From Phaeosaccion multiseriatum (taxonomy: Eukaryota; Protista; Ochrophyta, other classes): a stretch of 64,000 nt of DNA. The translations under genes and the position numbers were made by a program. Below the pieces are notes generated by a model, which saw only the letters and a list, made by a program, of their open reading frames with translations, made no database searches and was not told the origin of the DNA. The stretch is from assembly GCA_965112735.1 (NCBI GenBank), contig OZ218957.1, forward strand, positions 2,170,001-2,234,000, in the 5' to 3' direction. Positions within the stretch are counted from its first letter, which is position 1. Each line of letters begins with the position of its first letter. Shown here in pieces: positions 1 to 10,800 of the stretch.

Positions 1-1860
1 GTGTAGGGCTCACTGTTGCCCGATCCTTCGTCGCACATGACTCTGTCGGAGCAGCGGCCCGGGGCGTGCGTCCCGGCCAGGTATCTGCAGGTGTATGGGT
101 GTTAAAGGTAGAGGGAAGACGTCGATGGAGCAGGTGCAGGTACAACACACACACACACACAAGCAGACGTGAGGAGGGTGGACAAGAAGGAGGAGGGATG
201 AGGGGGGCAGAAAGACGTCTCCTCCTACGTGCTTCCTCACTCCTCCCCATTCCCACCCGTAATCACCTAACAATTTACCCACGAACCTCCCGCACCCCTC
301 ACCCGAGATATCTTAACCCTCTCCTCTTACTGCTTCTCATTCTTCCCCTCCCCTCCCTCTTCTCCCCTCTGGCTGCTGCGCAATCCTCCCCTCCCCTCTC
401 TCTTCTCCCCTCTGGCTGCTGCTCACTCATCCCCTCCCCTCCCTCTTCTCCCCTCTGGCTGCTGCTCATTCATCCCCTCCCCCCTCTCTTCTCCCCTCTG
501 GCTGCTGCTCACTCATCCCCTCCCCTCCCTCTTCTCCCCTCTGGCTGCTGCGCAATCCTCCCCTCCCCTCCCTCTTCTCCCCTCTGCTGCTCACTCATCC
601 TTTCCCCTCTCTTTTCTATCCCCCTCTTACCCGTGGTGCGCGAATGTCCACGGCTCGTTGAAGGTGAGCCAATACTTGACTCGATCTCCAAACGCCTCGA
701 AGCACACGGCTGCAAAGTCTGTGAACAGCGGCACCAGCGCCTCGCTCCTCCAGCCCTTGTATTTGTCCTCTAGCGCCTGGGGCAGGTCTGTGGGTGAGGG
801 GAGGGGAGGGAGGGAAGGGGCAGGAACAGGGACAGCACATGTCGAGCCAGTTACTCGGTTAGTCAGCAAAATAGCAAAATAGGCAGGCAGGCAGGATAGA
901 CAGGCAGGCAGACAACCAATCCGGACAGGCGAGAAGGGAGCCTCTCCCACCCCTCCTGCCCCCCACACACCTATAACACTGCAAACAGCAGCTGTACCCC
1001 CCCTCTACCCCTCTGAGGCTTTACGCGTACGTACCCCAGTGGTACAGTGTTACAAAAGGCACTATATCTGCCGCCAGTAGGGCATCAATAACCTTGTTGT
1101 AGTGGTCAATGCCAGCCTGATTGACCTCTCCCTCCCCGCTGGGAAGTATGCGGCTCCACGAGATACTCAGACGGAAGTGCGTGGTCCCCAGCCTGTGCAT
1201 AATGCCAATGTCTTCCTCGAATCGGTGGTATGAGTCGCAGGCAACGTTGCCGTCTTCGTTATGGGCCACCTTTTAAACGCCAGTACAGCATGAATGGAAT
1301 AGCAGTGATTGGGAGAGTGGGTGGCGAGAGACACGGAGTAGCGGGGGGGTAAGATGTCCCTGCAGCATGAAGGAGGAGCGTGTGTGGCAAGTAAGTAGAG
1401 GAGAAGGTGGATAAGCGTAGCTGCCTTACTTTGCCTGGGGTGTGAGAGAACGTGTCCCAAATTGAAGGTCCTCGCCCGTCCTACGGAGGGAAGTGCGTGG
1501 GTCGTGGGTGAGTGAGAGAGTCGGGGGAAGAGACAGCGGGAGGGGGAGGGGGGGAAGGTTAAGGTTAAGATTAGGAGGGAACTCTTGGGCGAGTGAGTGG
1601 CGCACGGAAATGGAGAGAGGCGAGGTTAAGCCACCGTCTGCACGGACCTCATCCCAAGCGCCTTCCACTTGGTAGCTCGCGGTAGCTGTTCCCCACATGA
1701 AGTCGTCTGGAAGGGCATCAATGAAGTCCGGCGTCACAGAGTCCATCAAATCCTCGTAGGAAAGGGGAGCGACGCGGTCTTGGACATGCGCCACCGCCAC
1801 CCCAATGAATACCAGCAGCAAAAGCAGAGGAGGACGAGAGAGAACGGTGGCAGGAGGCAT
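1..1860 (-). CDS. Glycoside hydrolase family 1 (beta-glucosidase-like), secreted, multi-exon, runs off the left edge
   Basis: Signal peptide [24 protein letters not shown]; GH1 motifs [16 protein letters not shown] (exon 1860-1648), [11 protein letters not shown] (1480-1430), [12 protein letters not shown]...[12 protein letters not shown]...[16 protein letters not shown]...[14 protein letters not shown] (acid/base Glu), [13 protein letters not shown]...EPY; GT-AG introns between them. Confidence 0.96.
345..620. repeat. Intronic minisatellite, about 39-40 bp unit, about 7 copies
   Basis: Recurring CCCCTCCC(C)TCTCTTCTCCCCTCTGGCTGCTGC(GCAATC/TCACTCAT) inside a GH1 intron. Confidence 0.85.
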
Positions 1861-1863
1861 GCT

Positions 1864-1985
1864 TTCCGACAGTTTAACTCCTCGCACAAGGCTTTGCACG
1901 GAAGGATGCCACCGGCCTGATGAGTTCCGACAGTTTAACTCCTCGCACAGAGCTTTGCACGGAAGGATGCGACCGGCCTGATGAG
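1864..1985. repeat. 61-bp near-perfect tandem duplication directly upstream of the GH1 ATG
   Basis: TTCCGACAGTTTAACTCCTCGCAC...CCGGCCTGATGAG at 1864-1924 and 1925-1985, few mismatches. Confidence 0.95.
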
Positions 1986-2439
1986 TTGCTTGAGAAAAAA
2001 TAAAGAGAAAGCAAACGAGTGCGTGATGTGCAGTAAGTCAATGCAATTTACTGACATAAATTTGACTTCCTTGCGCCCTTCCGACAAAAAAGAAAAAAAA
2101 AAAAAAAAAAAAAAGAGGGCCAGCACAGATGGCACCAAACACACCCAGCCCTCCTCTTTTTTCTTTTTCACTTCTCCCCTTTCACACGTAATACTCTGCA
2201 CACAGTCTTGTCTTTCAGCCGGGTGCGGGAGGAGACGAGAGGGAAGAGCCACTCAAGAGCTGGTGTGCGGTGGATGGGCGTGAGACCCTCATCTCCTGAG
2301 GCGAGTTTGTTTTGTTTTGAAGCGTTGGGGGGGAACTAGAAGAAAATTTCTCCACAGCGATCCGCGGGAAAGAACGTGAGGGAGGAGCCACTCAGAGCTG
2401 AGGTTCCCATCATCATACCCTGAGATCTTATCCCGTTGA

Positions 2440-3591
2440 TCTGTTGAAGAACTCTCAGAGGAGAAGACCCCCTGCCTCGCAGCCGGGATCCAAAAATCGT
2501 GGACTGGGGAGGGGTGTGAGAAGCATTCGCAGCAGGGCGGACTTTACTTGAGCCTCGGAGCTGTGGTCAAGACGTGTACTGTGAAGGGCTGTGAGAAGAA
2601 GCAGGTCCAAGGAGGGCTTTGCATTCGCCACGAAGCTGCGAGAATGCGGAAGAGGTGTACTGTGGAGGGGTGTGAGAATCAGCGGGTCCAAGGAGGATTG
2701 TGCACTAGGCATGGAGCTGTGAGCATACGTAAGAGGTGTACTGTGGAGGGGTGTGAGAAGCATCAGATCCAAGGAGGATTGTGCATGAGGCATGGAGCTG
2801 TGGTCAAGGCTTGTACTGTGGAGGGGTGTGAGAAGCAGCGGGTCCAAGGAGGATTGTGCACTAGGCATGGAGCTGTGAGGATACTTAAGAGGTGTACTGT
2901 GGAGGGGTGTGAGAAGCAAGCCCAGGGTGGATGTGGTGGGATGTGTTGGCGTCATGCTCGAATGAAAAGGGAGGGAGCGGAGCAGACGGAGATTGCCCAG
3001 TGCACGCCTAAACCCAAGCGAGGAGCTGCCACTGACATCAAAAGGGGAGGAAGGAAGAGGGCGAAGTTCCCCCCTTCAGTTGAGGGAGGGGAGAGGCAAC
3101 AGGAAGAGAAGGAAGCAGCGGAGGAGGATGGGGATGGAGTAGGTTTGCTTGCGAGGCTGGGGCTTCATGTCGGGGATGAGATTCAGCTTCCCAATGGTCT
3201 GTGGAGAGAGCTGGAATACGCTGCTGCCGACGCTGCCATAGCCTGCTGGGGCCACCGGGACAGGGAGCTGTCGAATGGCGTGGTGGTGTATGTGGGCCAG
3301 AGTAAGGTGTTGCTGCTGCCCCACTACGCTGTGCGCACCAAGAGAACGGGGGCGAGCCTGGAGAGCACGATCCGAGGCTTTGTGTCTGCCTACCAGCGCT
3401 ATCGCTCAGGAGGAGGAGGGGGTGACGAGGATGACGAGAAGCAGCAGGACGAGTGGGAGGTGCTGGAGGAGGGCATGGTGGTGGCGAGTGAGAAGAAGAG
3501 GCGGGGACGGAAGGCGCTGCGAGCGTGCGTGCGTGTGGGGGGCGTGGCAGGGGCTTGTGCTGGTGCTGATACCTCGGGACTGGGGATGTAG
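2440..3591 (+). CDS. Tandem Cys3His zinc-finger-like repeat protein, copy 1 (WRKY19-like CxxxGC...GGLCxRHG repeats); start codon not seen
   Basis: Stop-free frame with one degenerate and five intact CTV(K/E)GCExxxxQGGLCxRH-type repeats, a basic NLS-like segment (KRGGRKRAK) and a conserved C-terminal domain. No in-frame ATG before the repeats, so an upstream exon or pseudogene status is possible. Confidence 0.8.
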   Translation, partial: SVEELSEEKTPCLAAGIQKSWTGEGCEKHSQQGGLYLSLGAVVKTCTVKGCEKKQVQGGLCIRHEAARMRKRCTVEGCENQRVQGGLCTRHGAVSIRKRCTVEGCEKHQIQGGLCMRHGAVVKACTVEGCEKQRVQGGLCTRHGAVRILKRCTVEGCEKQAQGGCGGMCWRHARMKREGAEQTEIAQCTPKPKRGAATDIKRGGRKRAKFPPSVEGGERQQEEKEAAEEDGDGVGLLARLGLHVGDEIQLPNGLWRELEYAAADAAIACWGHRDRELSNGVVVYVGQSKVLLLPHYAVRTKRTGASLESTIRGFVSAYQRYRSGGGGGDEDDEKQQDEWEVLEEGMVVASEKKRRGRKALRACVRVGGVAGACAGADTSGLGM

Positions 3592-3908
3592 TGACGCGAA
3601 GCCGTCCAGCTCATCTCCTGCGTATCTTCGCCACGGTGAAGCTTGGCTTGCACCATCGTACCATGGTGGGTGGGTGGATGAGTGGGTGGGTGTGGGTGGG
3701 TCGGGGGGGGGCTAGGGGGTGTTGGAGGTCGGAGGCTTGGGGCAGAAGACAGCGGAAGACCGAGAGTATCGACGAGGAGAGAGAGGGGAGGAAGTGTCTG
3801 CGAGTCTTGTCCAGGGGGTTGGGGTTGGAATAAGCCAACAGGGAGAAGGTGATGGGGCGAGTGACTTTCACGCCTTGCCACTGCCATGATGGATGCTGGG
3901 AGTGTTCT

Positions 3909-4015
3909 TGGTAGAAGCAGTACTTTTGCTAGACTGGTGCCTATCCTGTGAATTCCCTAGCGGGGTTGAGTTCAGAGGATAAGGTATCAGTCTAGCAAAA
4001 GTACGACTTCTATCA
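3909..4015 (+). ncRNA. About 105-nt hairpin, pre-miRNA-like candidate
   Basis: TAGAAGCAGTACTTTTGCTAGACTGGTGCCTATCCT pairs with AGGATAAGGTATCAGTCTAGCAAAAGTACGACTTCTA; inner TGAATTC/GAGTTCA stem; several mismatches are G-U wobbles on the + strand. Structure is seen, expression is unknown. Confidence 0.4.
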
Positions 4016-4854
4016 CATCTCTGCCCCGTGCTTGACGTGACCCGTACACACGGACTTGTGTGAAGCAGCTGCGCCCTGTCGCCCTTACGCCGGGCCCTCG
4101 CTACTGCTCTGCTCTGCTCTGCTCTGCTGCTGTTGCCCTCTGGATGTATTCATGTGTGTTGTGTTGGCTGTGCAAGGAGGCGGCGGGAGCACGGAAGGCA
4201 TGAGCCGGGTCAAAGCTACCGACGAAGAGGGGCCTTTCCTCTTTGACTTTGCTTTTGATTAGATCACTTGCACCTTTTATGATTCGGTTGTGGGATGGGG
4301 AGGAGAGGTTCTCACGCTGTGAGGTCATCAGGCTGCGCTGCTGTAGACTGGGCTGCTCTCTTGCTGTCAGGCTCCCATACTCATCATGGCGATGTGACTG
4401 ACGTCGGAGGCAGCAGGGAGCTCATGCACACGACACTCGAGGCGGGAGTGGCGAACAGGTCGTTAGTCGTTAGGTCAAAAGGCACATTGCGGGCATTGCG
4501 ATTGAAAAAAAAAAGAAAAAGGGCCAGACAGATGGCACCAGACGCGCCATATCCCCCCTTTTCCCATTTTCTCTCTCCTTTCACAGGTTCCCATTTCACA
4601 GGCAATACTCGGCACAAAGACTTGTCTTTCAGCAACGTGCGGGAGGAGACGAGAGGGAAGAGCCACTCAAGAGCTGGTGTGCGGTGGATGGGCGTGAGAC
4701 CCTCATCTCCTGAGGCGAATTTGTTTTGTTTTGAAGGCCTTGGGGGGGAACTAGAAGACAATCTCTCCACAGCGATCCGCGGGAGAGAACGTGAGGGAGG
4801 AGCCACTCAGAGCTGAGGTTTCCATCATCATACCCTGATATCTTATCCCGTTGA

Positions 4855-7800
4855 TCTGTTGAAGAACTCTCAGAGGAGAAGACCCTCTGCCTCGCAGCCG
4901 GGATCCAAAAACCGCGGACTGGGGAGGGGTGTGAGAAGCATTCGCAGCAGGGCGGACTTTACTTGAGCCTCGGAGCTGTGGTCAAGACGTGTACTGTGAA
5001 GGGCTGTGAGATGTATATTAGAGCTTATGGGCTCAGTATTGGAGCGCTCGAGGTAAGTTGTAGCCATGTGTAGATGCGTGGATGTGTGGTATTGATGGAG
5101 CGTGATGTGGAGGGGAAGAGGATGGTAAGGGTGGTAGAGTAGAGGATAATGGGGAATGGGAAGGGAGTGAGGGGGGGAGGAGGAGATGAAGGGGTGTGGG
5201 AAGGAGTGAGGTGGTGGAGGTGATATGTGAACTATCCTACTGTGGGTGGTGCGGGTGACAAGGCGTGACTAACTGTGGTTGCTATGCTGTGTGCTGATGG
5301 TCTCGCTGTCTGCTGGCTGGTGTACTCCTGCTCCTCAGGCGGCCGCTCCGTCGATGGCTCCCATGAGCCCCCAGTCGAGGGTTTCTGCTGCTTCGTGCTG
5401 CGTCATGGTGGCTCGAAGGAGGGTGCCATACCTGATCTCCCGCTGTGAGAGGGCGCGTTGAAGGGCGAGGGACAGTTGTTGGCGCAGGAGGCCCTTGATG
5501 GGGCCCGTGGCTGCCGCCGCTGCGGGGCCGAGCCCTCTTGATGCCTTGTGGATGGCCATCGCCTCGATGAGCTCGTCCGTTTGGTGGCCCAGTCTGCCGT
5601 ACGTCTCGATCGCAATGCACTTGAGGGTTGAAGTCCCGGGCAGAAAACTGCCCAGGTAGTGCGTGCGCTTGCGCTCTTCGGCGGCGGCTGCTGCGTGGCC
5701 TGGCGTGGTGGAGGCCCGTCCCACGTGGGTGGGGGCGGTGGGGTTGGTGACGGTGATGTCGCAGAGGAGGTTTCTCCGCAGGGGTGCGTCCGCTCCCGGG
5801 AAGCTACCTGCGGGATAGGTCAGATCCATGCGTAGGTCTCGGCCTGCTCGGGTGCCCGTGGGGCCGTCGAAGCAGGTCTGGTCCTCTACGCGTGCTCCTC
5901 CAATGCCCACGCTGTGCATCATCCTCCCGAAGGCCTTGACGAGGAGGTGGTGTGTGTGGTTGTGGAGGCCGGTGCGGGGGCAGATGGTGGCGTGGGTGGT
6001 GCTTGCCGTGCGGGCGCAGCCTGTGCCGAGGCAGGGTGGGGGCGGGTCCGCGTATGGCGTGTTGACACCGAGGTTGCGACGAAGGGCCATGGTCCATTCT
6101 GCGGGGGCCATGGTGTTGTGGCCGTGGGGGAGCGCTCCGAGGAAGGCCATGGCGCCCCTTCCTCGCTGTGAGTGGAGTCGGGCTGTTGCCATTTCCTGTG
6201 TCTCCTCTCCCCTCTGTGCCTCTGCCGGTGTGACGTCGATGGTGGCGATGCTCTGCGTCAGCTCCTCATGGCGGCGTTTGTGGATGAAGGTGGTGAGGGC
6301 CTTCTGGACGCCGTGGGTCGGTTGACGGCCTGCCTGATGGCTCCTGCGCACGTTGCGTCGCGCTGTGTCCTGGGCTTGGTGGTCAGGCGGCTCGAGTACG
6401 CGTGAGCGGGCCTCGTCGAACTGTGCCTGACCCACTGCTTGGATGAGGGGGGCCTCAGGGACCCCCTCCTCGTGCAGGAGGTTGACGCTGTCGGCGACGC
6501 TCTTGAGGGCTCCGTTGGTGAACAGCTGGTCCGGTAGGGCGCTCTCTTGGGAGCCTTCCCGGCGTGCGGTGCGGCTGAGCAGGGGGGGAGGGTGAGCATC
6601 TTGTTGCCAAGGTATGCTGCTGGGGCGATGTCGTGGAGGCTGGTGAGGCCGAGGCCGCCGAAGCGCCGTGCCGTATGCATTTGTAGGCGCTGTGTCTCCG
6701 TCCATGGCTCCTCTTGTGCATCTGCGGCCTGCTCCAGAGGGGGGGCATCGGGGAGTCGCATGATGTGGGCCATTGTCGCTCTGTTGGTGCGGTCTGCCCT
6801 GCTGCCGAGGGCGCGTCGGAAGATGGAGGGGTCAATGGCTCTCGCCAGGTGTGTGAGCCTGGCTGGGAGGCATTGGAGGAGGACGAGGGTGGCCGCCTGG
6901 GTGTTGTCCCACTCGCTGCAGTGTTTGGCGAGTTGGAGGTAGCCCCTGGGGTCTTCTTGGCCGAGGATGTTGCGGAGGTACTCTTCGATGTACTCCTCCG
7001 TGCCGACGGGGATGCCGGCTACCACGGTACCCTCGGTGGCAAGTGTGGCGCCCTGCCGTTGGGCGTGGTCCCTGTCAGCCTGTGTTGGCTGCTTGCCTTT
7101 GCCCATGAGGTAAACCGTTTTCCTCTCGTTGAACTCGAGGCCCAAGCCTCGGAATTGGGCTTGGAGATGGGCATGGCGTGGGGCGTAGGTCTGTAGGGGT
7201 GCGTCGGGTTCCAGCTGGTCCATGAGGTCGTCTGCGTAGGCGGAGATGGTGGGGCGGTTCGCTGCGGTGTCGGCTGTGTTCTGAACTTTCAGCACTGGGT
7301 GGATGGCGGCTGCGAACATGAGAGGCCCTTCTGGTGCTCCTTGGTTGACTCCGGAGCTCTGGTGGATGGTCTGGGTGCCGTCTGGTGTGAGGGCGTTGTG
7401 GGCGGAGGCGTGGGAGAGGCTGGCGATGGCGTAGTTGATGCCTGCTGGGTCGATGGTAGGGAGTGCTCCTGAGGCTAGGACGCCTCTGGCACGCGACACG
7501 CGGGTGTAGGCCTTGGTGATGTCATGCAGCACGACGGTTTTGCCGGCATCGTGCGCTAGCTGGGCTGCTGCGGCGTGTGTTTCCCCTCCGCCTCTGACCG
7601 CTACCGCTAGCTGTCCTGCGCTTCTGAGCTCTGGGCCCACCCTGTCCGCGATGAGCTTCATGTGACAGCTCTCCACGAGGCTGCGGTAGAGGTTGGGGGA
7701 TGTCACAGGACGCGCTTTCTCGCCGAGGGCTGCGGCGCTGGTGCTGAACCACCGTTTGGCGAGCTGTGGAGGCAGTGGAGTGTCCCCCGTTCGGAGCAGC

Positions 7801-10800
7801 TCGTAGGTGTCAGTCAGAGCCTCCACGATTGCGTACTCCTGGGGGCTGTCCGGGGGTACTTGACGTGGCTCGCCCTGCGCCCGTCTGCTCCTTGGCCCTT
7901 CCAGAAGTTGACCCTCCGGTAGGTCAGCAGCATGGCTGTGCTGATCTCCTCTCTGGTGACGTCGTTGCCATTCTCGGGGTGCTCCTGCACCTGGGTTCTG
8001 GCGTACTCCCTGGCTGCTGCTGCTGCTGTGTTGATCTCTTCGAGGCTCTCGTCGACGTGCGCTTGCTGGAGGCGTCTAAAGGTCTCGTGTGTGGGAGGGA
8101 GGTGGCCGTCTCTGCTCTTTGTGCTGAGCCTCGCCGCGGCCTTGTGCAGGCCTCCGGGTTTGGTGAGCAGGTGGGCGCAGGTTTCTCTCCGTCGCTCCTC
8201 TGTCTGTGCCTGTGCTGGGGGTGGTGGGCGGCGTGCGTGTGCTGTGGCTATCGCTGCTTGTGCGAGTGGGGCGATGTCGAGGTCGAGGACCATCTGTATC
8301 CGCTGCTGGCGGCTGTAGGCTCCGTCTTTAGAGAAGAGCATGGCAGGGAGGAGGTGGTGGAAGACATCCCATGCCAGAAGGGTGTGGAGGGTGGCGTCGG
8401 TGGGGCCGTTCTTGTGGGCCCTCAGCGCCCTGTTCCAGTTGTTGAGCGCTCTTTGCTGTAAGCTGATAATCGAGCTGACGTGGCGGGGGTTGCACTGCGC
8501 TACTGTCTCAAACACGAGTGTTGAGAGGATGGTACCCTGCGGGTCCAGGGCCCCTAGGCGGAGGACGTTTGGGTGCTGCATGGGCCATCCTTCCTCGGGT
8601 GTATCGTCGTTGGCTGGCCCTTCTCCGTCCCCTCCGTCCCCGCCGCTACCTCCTTGGCCTCTGCTCCGTCCTCCTCCCCCTCGTCTCGCTGCTGCTGCTG
8701 TGGTTCCTTGCGTGCGTGTGCTATCTCCCCCTGCCCTTTCTCTCTGAGGTCCCCTCTCTGCTGCTGCTCCTTGTCCGTTTCCTTCCCCCTCCCTCGTCCT
8801 CCTCTTCCTCCTTCTACTCCACTTGGCGCTGCTGCGATTGCTCCTCCTCCTCCTCCTCCTCCTCCTCCTCCTTCCGCGTGCCCTCGCCCTCCTCCTCTGC
8901 CCGTGGGGGTGGTGGGTTGGTACGGGTTGAGCCTGGCCGTTGCTGTCGTGTGCTGGGGCGTTGCCGTACGCGACGGGTCCTCGTTTGGGTCTGGGCCTAG
9001 ATAGGCGTTCTCGAGGTCGTTGAGGGGGCCTTGGTAGGCCGATGCTGCGTTGCCTTGGGTGAGGATGGTCCTGAGGGCGGGGATGGCTCGTTGAGCTTGG
9101 TAGCCAGCCATGCAGCCTTGCGCGGGGCAGGGGAGGTTGCCTGGTGGTATGACGGGCTGCTGGTTGGCTCTCCTCAGTGTGGCTTGGTCGTTCAGGTGGT
9201 GAAGGAGGCACGCGGGGTGAACGGTGTGTTGGCAGCGTCGGGTGCGTACTGGCCACTCCGTGGTTGGTGCGATGAAAGGGGGGTCCGCGTCTGACATGCA
9301 TATGCAGCATATCGGGGCTGGGGGGGCGGTAGGTTGGGGTGGGGGTGTGTGTCGGGTGGTGGGGGGTGGCTGGGACTGGCGGCGTCGCCCTTGGCTGGCC
9401 TGCGCGTGCTGCTGATGCGACTCTCTGCGCTCCCTCGCTAGGCGATCCCTTGCGCGGCCCATAGCTCTCCCTCCTTGTGCTGTGATGGCCTGCTCGATCG
9501 TGTGCCGGTAGCAGGGGTTGCGGCAGTAGGGGCAGAGGTGGTCGTTGCGGTTGGGGTACCTGCTCATGACTCCCAATGCGCAGTGGTTGTGCACGTGATG
9601 TTCGCCTTCGTGCATGGCGACTTGTGCTTGGCCAGTGAGCGGTTCCATACACACCGGGCAGTTGGGTAGCTCCTCGTTGTTGGTGGGGTCGCCTCCTCCT
9701 TCTCCTTCGTCACCTCCTCCCGCTGCTTGCCCTTCCCCTCCTTCTGCCGCTGCTTCCCGTGCCAGTGCTGGGCGCTCTCCTCCGCCTCTGCTGTTTTCGC
9801 CCTCTTCCCCCCTGCTACTACTCTTCCTTCGCGGTCTCCTCGTCCCCCTCCCCTGTGTCCCGCTCGCTCTCCTCTCCCTCCTCCCTCCTGGTCGTGCTCT
9901 CGTGTAGTGTCTGTCCCACCTGCTCTTGTCGGTGGGGGCATGCTTCGAGCTCGTTGGATGGTTGGCGGTGCTGGTAGGCTTGCGGCTTCGTGTGCTCGTA
10001 TGCAGGCGTTGCATAGGGGTTGTCGTAGGCCTGATTGCGGGAAGCGGGTAAGGAAGGATCTGCCGGAGTTTCGGTGGGCCAGGTTGCCGCATCCACTTGT
10101 GCAGTCCCGGAGCTGGTACGTATTATTCTGTGGTCCGCTCTGTGGGCCGTTGGCGCGGTACCACAGGATTGACGCGGCCTGGGGGTGGTGTTCGCGCATC
10201 CATCGGTCCCACTCTCTGCCGCGGTTCGGGTGGTGGCTCGACTGGTGCCTGATGAGGCGGTCTCTTGTGTTGCCTACCGTGACGAAGGTGTCGTGGCATT
10301 CGCCAAAGTTGCAGAGGATGCCCCCTTGAATGTTTCCATTGTCGGGGTGTCTTCGGTACACTCGGGCGTTGTTGGGGTTGTCCTCCGGTGTTGGTGGGCT
10401 GGGTGTGGTTGCGTCGCTTTGGGCGGGGGGTGGTGGCGGTCCTGGTGCGGTTCCCCGGGGGGCCTGTCTCGTGCGTAGGGCGAGGGCTTGCCCCGGCGCC
10501 CACCACGGTGTGGCCATGGTGTTGGCGAAGGGGGAGGTGGTGGTGTTGTTGGTGTGGTCGCGTAGGGCGTGGCCGTAGCGCTCAACGATGGCTTGGACGT
10601 CGGGTAATACCGCGATGAGTTCCTCCTGTCGTGAGGCGGTGATGTAGTCGTTGACCAACTCGTTGGAGGTGATCTCTTGGCCTGCGAGCGTGTGGGCATA
10701 GGCCTCCACGATCTGTTGCCATCCAAGGGGGTAATCTCCTCCCCCATGTGGTCTTCCGGGGGGGGGGGGGGGGGCCTCCGCTCCTTAGAGCTTGTCTGAG

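Larger units (their letters stand above)
2086..4504 (+). repeat. About 2.4-kb segmental duplication unit 1 (contains zinc-finger-repeat gene 1)
   Basis: Collinear with 4505-5011 plus 18501-20199; both units start at an A-tract followed by GGGCCAG(C)ACAGATGGCACC and end at TGCGATTGA. Confidence 0.9.

Noticed and set aside
1915-2025. Hammerhead ribozyme (CTGATGAG core occurs twice)
   Set aside because: A TTGCTT/AAGCAA stem follows the second core, but it is followed by CGAGT rather than CGAAA and no stems I/III are evident; the repetition comes from the 61-bp duplication.
2560-2960. CRISPR-like repeat-spacer array
   Set aside because: Units of 75-81 bp keep the reading frame and encode Cys/His repeats; eukaryotic context, no cas genes.
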